Shown: one piece after another, positions 56,828 to 64,000 of the stretch
Layout: every line of letters starts with the position of its first letter
Position numbering within the stretch: the first letter of the stretch is position 1
Origin: Candidatus Thorarchaeota archaeon
GTDB taxonomy: Archaea; Asgardarchaeota; Thorarchaeia; Thorarchaeales; Thorarchaeaceae
DNA length: 64,000 nucleotides
Reading direction: 5' to 3'
Assembly (NCBI GenBank): GCA_048882325.1
Contig: JBHLRS010000008.1
Span: 34,056-98,055 of the forward strand
Notes under the pieces: model-generated
Seen by the model: the letters and a program-made list of their open reading frames with translations, nothing else
What the model was told of the DNA's origin: nothing
The model's database searches: none
Made by a program: the position numbers and the translations under genes

Positions 56828-59104
56828 CTATTGCAGATATAGAGCGATTGTGAGGGTGTGTGTACAGTATTTGCATCTGATGGGGAGTCGTCGTCCCATC
56901 TCTTCAACCTGCTCGATTTCAAGAGGCGCTCCACAACGAAGACAGACCCATGAGTCCATGGTATCAGCAAGTTCATCAATGGTTGTAGGGAGCATTGCTA
57001 CATCTTCACCAAGTGCCTCAACCTTTACACAGGAATGTCGACCATTTTCAGGACCACTGATTAGGATGATGACAGCGACCTTCTTCTGGGTATATTTGCC
57101 TTCTGCATAACCCCTAATGGTTCCAACAAATTCGCCGCCGACAATTCGTTCTTCAGTGTCAACAAGGTGGAAATTCTTAGCAGGCAGTATCTTCTCTGCC
57201 TTTGTAAAGAGCACCTGTGCGTTCCAATCTAGAGTTTGTTCTTGTTTCGTCTTTTGGAGACTGCTTAGAACGAGATCGAACGCTTCGGATGTCTTCTTCG
57301 AAGGCAATAACAGATCGCAGACAGAGCGAATGAGATATGGCTCAACACTTACAGTGTGAAGCTGGTCCATGAAGTCGATATAGGAAACAGTTGCGATGAC
57401 CTTACCCTGAACACAATCCTTTGTTGGGTAGAAGGTAAATTGTGGGCTTCTGTATCCGCCCACCTCAATTCTCGAGATTGTTTTGACACTTTCTCCAGCT
57501 AACTCCATGCAGTCCTGAGGGTATGCCACAATTGAAACGGTAACATTCGTTATCACATAACCGCTATCATTTTTTATCTTGACCTTGAAGTCAAACTTGC
57601 CACCAACAATCTCACACCCTCGTAATACTGCTATATCCGATTCCCTCGCTGCGGGTGCTGTTGATGAAACATCAAGAACATCAGGATGTGTAGGCTCTGG
57701 GGCTTCAACAGGTGGCTTAATTTTATCAGCCTGCAACTCGTTGTAAGCGTTTTGCATGGCTTCTGCGTGGTCTGGTGGGATATCGAGAACAGTCTTTCCA
57801 TGTAAGGAGCAAAGCAAAACAACACGGTCTTCACGTTCGTGAGGCTCAATATAGACCAGCTCAAGAGACTCGTAACATTCTGGACACTGATACAATCGTT
57901 TGTACAAACCAGTTAGAGTTTCTTGATCTAGACCAGGGACAAACAATCTCTTGCTTCTGTGTCCGTTTCGGCACTCAACATCGAACTCAATCAGACCTCT
58001 ACGTTCCTCAACATCACGAACATTTAGGGGCATACTGCACTTATCACAACTCAGGTTCCGTACGATTGAGGGCATTCGATCAATTTTGGATTGATGCGCA
58101 CTAATGTGCTTGAAAACGTGTGGAGGTGTTTCTCGAGTCATGACACCATGTGTGGGACAGACTATTCTAAAACCAACTTTCTTCTTGGTCTTCTTTGTGT
58201 CAAGAATGTGAGTGAGCCCGCCACACTCTTCACAGGTCAATAGTGCTGCAGCTATCCGATTAACAACTGACTCATTCCAAATTAGGGGCAAGATTCTGTC
58301 TGAGGTGTGTTTTGTCTCAGGACAGATGCATTTCAATTTGTATCCTTGTTTGTTGTCTTCAATACTTCTGATAGCGAGAGGGTGACGACAGTCATGAGCG
58401 GTGAGAGAGGACTTCACAACCGCATCTTCAGGTATCTCGGAAACAGCTTCTTCGAGAAGACCCACCTGAGTTGCAAGGATCTCCTTCTTAGCAATACCAT
58501 GAATGGGACAGGTAGTTGTTAGTCTTGCGGTATTTCCCCTTTTTTCAATCTCCGTGATATGACCTGGGAGACCGCATCTGTCGCAGTGTACAATGCGTTG
58601 AAGGATGTTCTTTAGCAAATTTATATCAAGGCTACTAGGTAGATACCGTGTAGCTTTGTGCCCATTGGCACATCTGGTTTCTACCTCAAGGATACCCCTA
58701 CGCTGATCAATCTCATTGACAGCATAGACAAGTCCACACTGATCACATCGAAAAGAATCAATAATCGAGCGTGGGCTGTCAATATCAGCTCCAGCTATTT
58801 CTACATGAGCATGGAAAGCACGTGGAAACTCTCGCTTCTGAGGGCCATGTATTGGACAGAGGAAGATACTCTCAATATTATTCCCTTGACCTCTTTCTTC
58901 GATATGGGTCATGTTTGAGCCACATTCTGTACAGGTATACAGTTTCTTGAAAACCTCAGTTGCCATGTCTTGCGCTTGATTCTCAGAGAGTCTACGTACA
59001 CTCTTATGGCCTCGTAAGCACTGGACATCCATAGTCAGAATCTTGTCCTTCATCTCAGCGCTAAGGAGATATAGAGGATCACCGCACCTTTTACATGAAA
59101 ACAC
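56828..59104 (-). CDS. Poly-zinc-ribbon protein (8 ribbons) + Ig-like/platform (appendage-like) domain + terminal Cys4 ribbon
   Basis: Same alternating ribbons (5th degenerate), Pro-rich linker, FKVKIKN..ITNV, CLRC..CKYC end. Confidence 0.8.
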   Translation of the reverse strand: MFSCKRCGDPLYLLSAEMKDKILTMDVQCLRGHKSVRRLSENQAQDMATEVFKKLYTCTECGSNMTHIEERGQGNNIESIFLCPIHGPQKREFPRAFHAHVEIAGADIDSPRSIIDSFRCDQCGLVYAVNEIDQRRGILEVETRCANGHKATRYLPSSLDINLLKNILQRIVHCDRCGLPGHITEIEKRGNTARLTTTCPIHGIAKKEILATQVGLLEEAVSEIPEDAVVKSSLTAHDCRHPLAIRSIEDNKQGYKLKCICPETKHTSDRILPLIWNESVVNRIAAALLTCEECGGLTHILDTKKTKKKVGFRIVCPTHGVMTRETPPHVFKHISAHQSKIDRMPSIVRNLSCDKCSMPLNVRDVEERRGLIEFDVECRNGHRSKRLFVPGLDQETLTGLYKRLYQCPECYESLELVYIEPHEREDRVVLLCSLHGKTVLDIPPDHAEAMQNAYNELQADKIKPPVEAPEPTHPDVLDVSSTAPAARESDIAVLRGCEIVGGKFDFKVKIKNDSGYVITNVTVSIVAYPQDCMELAGESVKTISRIEVGGYRSPQFTFYPTKDCVQGKVIATVSYIDFMDQLHTVSVEPYLIRSVCDLLLPSKKTSEAFDLVLSSLQKTKQEQTLDWNAQVLFTKAEKILPAKNFHLVDTEERIVGGEFVGTIRGYAEGKYTQKKVAVIILISGPENGRHSCVKVEALGEDVAMLPTTIDELADTMDSWVCLRCGAPLEIEQVEEMGRRLPIRCKYCTHTLTIALYLQ

Positions 59105-59215
59105 AGCAATGCACCACTGAAAGAGCGAAAGTTATCAGTGACACTTGATTTTCATGATACACTATTAAGGGAATTTCTGCTGAGTCCAGTGTGGATGTCC
59201 GGATAAAACAATGGT

Positions 59216-59692
59216 TTACTGATCGGATGCGTCTTCTTCCTCTACCTCGGTCTTTTCTTCCTTTGGTTTCTCTTTCTTCTTCTTCGAATCAATGAAACCT
59301 TCAATGTCCTTCACTATGGGAATATCAGCCCTTTGAAGTGCAAGGGAGGACCCATAGAAAATAATCAACACACCACCAGCCACAATAAAGAAGGGACGAA
59401 GTATCCCAACCAATGGTATCCAAATTATGTAATATCCTATGACTTGGATTAGTCCGCCCAATAGCAGACCTGGAAACGCAGATGTCACAGGCTTTGTCAT
59501 TGCAGCTTGAACTGTTGTAATAAGTGTCAATCCGAAACCGCACACGACAATCAGGGGGCCTATGATTAAGAGAACTGGTGTATATAGACCCACTAGCCAG
59601 ATGACGGCTCCAATTACAATCATTAGGAAGTTAGGTGCTGATGTTACCTGCTCAATCATGTCAATTGGCCTGTCACTCATTATCCTCACCAA
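59216..59692 (-). CDS. 4-TM membrane protein with charged tail
   Basis: Two internally similar TM hairpins; K/E-rich C-terminus. Confidence 0.7.
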   Translation of the reverse strand: MVRIMSDRPIDMIEQVTSAPNFLMIVIGAVIWLVGLYTPVLLIIGPLIVVCGFGLTLITTVQAAMTKPVTSAFPGLLLGGLIQVIGYYIIWIPLVGILRPFFIVAGGVLIIFYGSSLALQRADIPIVKDIEGFIDSKKKKEKPKEEKTEVEEEDASDQ

Positions 59693-59739
59693 TACCGCAC
59701 TGTACGCGAATGATATTATGTATTTTGTGTCAATGACAC

Positions 59740-61014
59740 CTATTGACTTCCAGCCGCGTCAACACTTTCAAGGACTCGATCTGCAGACTTTTTCACCTTG
59801 GGTCGGTACCCCCTGGTTGTGTAGACACGGACAGGTTTCAGAATCCTTGAGAAACTCCTTGCCATTGGGCTGAGATCCATTGCATGCCAAAACTCGTAGC
59901 CACTGGACCCACGCTCGAACAGCACAAGGTCTTCAAATCCGAATCTTCCGGGATAGAACGTGACTGAAACTCGGTCTGGAAAGTCAACGTAGACGTTGCC
60001 TTGATCAATCCCAGCTTCCTCAGCAATCTCTCGCTCTATTTCATAAAGGCCATCTGCTGTTGCCAGTTTGTTGAGAAAATTTGGGTCAGAGATGGCTCTT
60101 GAGCTGGCCAGTTTAATGAGGTTTCTTCGACTAAAGTCGTCATGAATACTCTGAGCTGTTTGAAGCTCCTCCGTGTCATCAGGGTTGACGTTTATCAACT
60201 TGTGAAGAAATGATAGGTCATCGCACATCAAGAAAGATTCAGAATTCTCAGTCGGAAGTGAGAATAACTGAGATCCTGCCTCATCAAGCACCCTAAGAAG
60301 CATAAGCTCAGCCGCTCTTACTGTCTTGTGGAAGTAAACAGCTTCAAACATGTTTGCTGCAGCAGATAGGTAAGACTCAAGAGTGAACAAAGATCCCCGC
60401 TCAACTGCAATCTTGTTCTTGGCAATCCTCGTAGCAGAAAACAATCTCCTAAATTCCAGCTGAGCATATTCTACGCCAGCAAAGTACGAGTCACGCTCTA
60501 GGTCATCAATGAGTTCAGGATTAATAGGTGTGTGAATAAGGTCGATCCTAAGCCCTTTCATCGGGATTCCTTTATGGATGAGATCAATCACCTCGTTCTT
60601 TGTGAAACCATGTTTCTCAACCAACTCCCCTACTTCGGATTCCTCTACAATGATCTCTGCAATTCTTGGTCGTCCGATCCCTCTCACAGAAAGGTATTCT
60701 TCAGACACATTAGCCCAAGGTCCGTTGGTCAACATGAGCAGGAGGGCAGCCAGACGGCCATTGAGAACCTCTTCAACATTGGCACCAAGATATTCAAGGA
60801 AAACCTCCGTCATATGCATAAAACCTAAAGTCCGACCCATCAGTGAGATTGCCGCCCCGGGGTACACAAGAGAAGTACCTGCGGGTCCCTGAATATAGCG
60901 AAGTCGTTGACTGAGTCGTAAATCGATGATTTCCTTTTCCAATGCTGTGAGTGAAACGTATCCGTGGATAGGATCTTTGATTTTCGCAACTGTGGGAAAA
61001 TCTGTGAGTGGCAT
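59740..61014 (-). CDS. SAMHD1/dNTPase-like HD-family protein with degenerate active site
   Basis: IKDPIHGY, QRLRYI, VYPGA, RDSYFAG, VYFHKTVRAAE retained; HD replaced by LM. Confidence 0.8.
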   Translation of the reverse strand: MPLTDFPTVAKIKDPIHGYVSLTALEKEIIDLRLSQRLRYIQGPAGTSLVYPGAAISLMGRTLGFMHMTEVFLEYLGANVEEVLNGRLAALLLMLTNGPWANVSEEYLSVRGIGRPRIAEIIVEESEVGELVEKHGFTKNEVIDLIHKGIPMKGLRIDLIHTPINPELIDDLERDSYFAGVEYAQLEFRRLFSATRIAKNKIAVERGSLFTLESYLSAAANMFEAVYFHKTVRAAELMLLRVLDEAGSQLFSLPTENSESFLMCDDLSFLHKLINVNPDDTEELQTAQSIHDDFSRRNLIKLASSRAISDPNFLNKLATADGLYEIEREIAEEAGIDQGNVYVDFPDRVSVTFYPGRFGFEDLVLFERGSSGYEFWHAMDLSPMARSFSRILKPVRVYTTRGYRPKVKKSADRVLESVDAAGSQ

Positions 61015-61127
61015 TATTTATCCAACCGTTTTTTGGTCACTTAAAGTGTATAAAAAACCCTGAAATACCTACCCCTCCTTGCTTTTAGGAGAACCTTCAT
61101 CAAGGGTTTTGCATCGGACTGAATAAC

Positions 61128-62963
61128 ATGAAACGGCTGTGTATTCTGAGTCTTCTGGTCCTTCTTTTACTCATACCATCTATACCTAGTACTAGTATCA
61201 TTGTAGAGGATAGAATGACAGCCGCTGATGCTCCGACTCTAAATATTCTGACAAGGGTATACGGTCAAGATTATTCCAGTGCAGTGTACTGGGATGTTCT
61301 CACTGACTCTTACAGGAATTTTGTACAGAAATTCACTGAGAATGGTTCACGTCACATCTTGGACTATACAGCTGCATCAGAAGGAGTCAATATGTATGCC
61401 AGGAACTACATCATTCAGCAACTCAATGAACTCTCATCTGGGAGGATTGAAACTGAAACTATAGGGAATTTGCTCAATGTTGTGGGAAGACTTCCTGGAT
61501 ATCTTCCTGGTGAGAATCCCGCATTTGCAATTAGTGCCCATTATGATTCTGCAGCAGGTTCGCCGGGAGCAAATTGTGATGGTAGTGGTATAGCTGCAGT
61601 TTTAGAGCTGGCACGAGTGCTTTCCAAGTATGAATGGCCATTAGACATTTATTTCATTGCATTCAACGGTCTCTTTACTCAGAGCTTCATGGATGGAAGT
61701 CCACAGGTTGCTAATGAGTTCATGCAAAGAGAACTTGAGTTTCTCATGATCTACAATGTTGACACGCTTCTTGTTCAGGACCCGACGGTTCCCGTGGATG
61801 AGCGAATTCAATTTGGCTATGCGGAAGGACCCTATCATAATGGTCAGTACTGGGCTGATCTTGCTCGCCAACTGAGTAACAACATTGGTATGAATAGAAT
61901 CGTACCGAAACCTTCCTCTATCTTTTACCTGTGGGAGCTTTCTGATCAATATCCATTCTATCAACGCGGGTTCAATGTCATGTGCGCATTTGAGTCCGGA
62001 TTGGCATATGATGGGTCTTACCAGAACTCAAATGACCGGTGGAACAATAGAGACTATCTCTATAGTCTAGGACGTGAAACAACAGCTGTCATCGGAGCAA
62101 GTATTGCTTATACTATGAGTCGTGGATTGGGGCAGTCAGTCACGTCTAATCATGAGTTCACATTGGCCAGCGGCAGCATCGAACAGATCTATATCACGGT
62201 CACTACTCCAACAGTAGTGAATGTATCAGCTAGGTGGTATGGTGGCATCTCATCCTTCTACTTATTCAATCCATCGGGTGCGTTGATCTCAACTAGGGAG
62301 TACAACCATACTTCAGCCTGGGAACCTATGGATGTGCTTAACCGCCCTGTCACTGAAATTGGACAGTACACTCTGATTGTCTATAATAGTGATTTCCGGG
62401 TCGTTGGATATGAGGTCAATGTATCGATTGACACAGACATAGAGAACAATGGCGTATTAGATAGTAGGGAGTACTGGATAGACAGTGATCTCTTTAACCG
62501 AGATCAAGATTCAGATGGGTTGAGTGATGCAGAGGAGCTGCTTCTAGGGACCGATTCCAACCTTGTGGATTCAGATAACGATGCGATGCCGGACAAGTAT
62601 GAAGTTGACAATGGGTTTGATCCTCGTGACCCATCAGACGGAAACGGTGATGAAGACCAAGATGGGCTTACTAACGCTCAGGAATACTCTGGAGGTCTGA
62701 ATCCATTCTCTGATGATTCTGATAATGATATGATGCCGGACCTATGGGAATTGGAAAATGGGTTGAATCCCTTGGTTAATGATGCTGATTTGGATCTTGA
62801 CCAAGACGGGGTCTCAAATCTTGATGAGTACTTGAACGATTCGGACCCACAAGAGCCAGAGCCAATGGAAATACCCACAGAGCTCTTTGTGCTTCCAGTG
62901 ATTCTAGTTGCAGTGACCGGTGCATTTGTTTATATTCTCAGGCGAAAAGACCCTTGGACATAG
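61128..62963 (+). CDS. Surface-anchored M28 peptidase-like protein (degenerate) with DxDxDG Ca-binding repeats
   Basis: Signal peptide, SAHYDS..GANCDGSG, repeated D.D.DG/M.D..E..G.NP, C-terminal TM + RRK. Confidence 0.82.
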   Translation: MKRLCILSLLVLLLLIPSIPSTSIIVEDRMTAADAPTLNILTRVYGQDYSSAVYWDVLTDSYRNFVQKFTENGSRHILDYTAASEGVNMYARNYIIQQLNELSSGRIETETIGNLLNVVGRLPGYLPGENPAFAISAHYDSAAGSPGANCDGSGIAAVLELARVLSKYEWPLDIYFIAFNGLFTQSFMDGSPQVANEFMQRELEFLMIYNVDTLLVQDPTVPVDERIQFGYAEGPYHNGQYWADLARQLSNNIGMNRIVPKPSSIFYLWELSDQYPFYQRGFNVMCAFESGLAYDGSYQNSNDRWNNRDYLYSLGRETTAVIGASIAYTMSRGLGQSVTSNHEFTLASGSIEQIYITVTTPTVVNVSARWYGGISSFYLFNPSGALISTREYNHTSAWEPMDVLNRPVTEIGQYTLIVYNSDFRVVGYEVNVSIDTDIENNGVLDSREYWIDSDLFNRDQDSDGLSDAEELLLGTDSNLVDSDNDAMPDKYEVDNGFDPRDPSDGNGDEDQDGLTNAQEYSGGLNPFSDDSDNDMMPDLWELENGLNPLVNDADLDLDQDGVSNLDEYLNDSDPQEPEPMEIPTELFVLPVILVAVTGAFVYILRRKDPWT

Positions 62964-62976
62964 AAGAGGTCAACAT

Positions 62977-64000
62977 ATGAAACGAGGATTCCCGATCTTC
63001 CTCATTTGTGCATTAATACTTGCGAGTCCAGTCCATAGTGGTTTCATTACTCCAGATCCTGCCTCTTCTAATTCATCTGTAGCGGAAGTCGAGTTTGAGG
63101 TTGAAAGAGTCTATGGTTCTGATTACTCACAACAGGTGTTTAATCTCGTTTCCATGTCCTCGTATCGTGATTTCATCATTGAGCTCACAGAAAATGGATC
63201 AAGAGCAGCAGGCCTTCCTACAAACCTTGGAGCGACCAATATCGCAGCCAGGGAGTGGATTATTGATCAGCTAGAAACCGTGTCCAACGGTAGGATCGAG
63301 GTGGAGGTTCTTGGTGACTATGCATCCGTCCTCGGCAAGCTTCCTGGCTACCTCCCGGTGAATGCACCAGGATTCATGGTCGGAGGACACTATGACTCAG
63401 TGGCTGGTGCCCCAGGAGCAAATGATGATGCTACAGGTGTCGCCGCAGCACTGGAACTTGCGAGAGTCATGTCAAAATACAACTGGCCCCTGGACATCTA
63501 CTTTGGTTTTTGGAATGCAGAAGAAGTCGGTTTGTTGGGTAGTACTGAGGTAGCTCAAATCATGAAAAACAGAGAGATAGAGCTTCTTGCATATTACAAT
63601 GTAGATATGCTCTTAGTTCCAGACCCTAATGCTCCAGCTGGCGGACAAGTTCTGATGGCGTATCCAGTTGGATTCTATCATGAAGGAGCCTATTGGGCAG
63701 AAATCACTAGAGCGATGAGCCAGAACTATGGTCGACACACTATCCAGCCAGTGATGTCCAATGCGTTCTCCGGATGGAGTAGGTCTGATCATTATCCATT
63801 CTGGCAACAAGGATATACAGCTCTTTTTGCACACGAGAGTGGTTTCATCTATGACTCAGCATATCACACACCACAGGACACTTGGAACAACCCGCTGTAC
63901 AACTATCAGACTGCAACTGATGCAGTGAGAGCGATAGGTAGTGCTATGGCATTCACGATGGCCAGGACCTATGGAGAACCCACATCGCACAACTTGAGCT
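62977..64000 (+). CDS. M28 peptidase paralog with intact site, 3'-truncated by the window
   Basis: Manual translation (absent from the ORF track): MKRGFPIF signal, GGHYDS, GANDDATG, WNAEE, SDHYPF, YHTPQD. Confidence 0.9.
   Translation, partial: MKRGFPIFLICALILASPVHSGFITPDPASSNSSVAEVEFEVERVYGSDYSQQVFNLVSMSSYRDFIIELTENGSRAAGLPTNLGATNIAAREWIIDQLETVSNGRIEVEVLGDYASVLGKLPGYLPVNAPGFMVGGHYDSVAGAPGANDDATGVAAALELARVMSKYNWPLDIYFGFWNAEEVGLLGSTEVAQIMKNREIELLAYYNVDMLLVPDPNAPAGGQVLMAYPVGFYHEGAYWAEITRAMSQNYGRHTIQPVMSNAFSGWSRSDHYPFWQQGYTALFAHESGFIYDSAYHTPQDTWNNPLYNYQTATDAVRAIGSAMAFTMARTYGEPTSHNLS

Noticed and set aside
62430-62860. Periodic repeats as CRISPR or DNA repeat
   Set aside because: They are protein-level DxDxDG repeats within a CDS; no repeat-spacer array or cas gene in the window

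Overview
Gene-dense archaeal chromosomal window, most likely Asgard/Thorarchaeota-like (inferred from the archaeal thiolase-HMGS-DUF35 operon, DUF359, DUF2070, ZPR1, a longin protein, an SMC5/6-like SMC and an intron-containing tRNA). Core content: mevalonate entry operon, CoA and NAD(P)H-repair enzymes, a five-gene NuoEFG-like + NfnAB redox operon, a MoxR/VWA pair, an SMC-kleisin-(KITE) set preceded by a degenerate AAA+, H+-PPase, IlvC, a PadR-controlled heterodimeric ABC exporter, UbiX and two M28 peptidase paralogs. Main items not explained by the ORF track: (1) two homologous 33/32-aa peptide genes coupled to an MFS gene (31408-29857); (2) tRNA-Ala(UGC) with a non-canonical T-arm intron, plus a decayed copy of its 3' end 2 kb away; (3) a truncated duplicate of the KITE-like gene that keeps its promoter; (4) two paralogous 8-zinc-ribbon proteins ending in coat/adaptin appendage-like domains; (5) several apparent pseudoenzymes (AAA+, SAMHD1-like HD, M28, AsnB glutaminase domain, FDH-like subunit). 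No CRISPR array, transposase, integrase or rRNA seen. All family calls are by eye from motifs, not from database searches.
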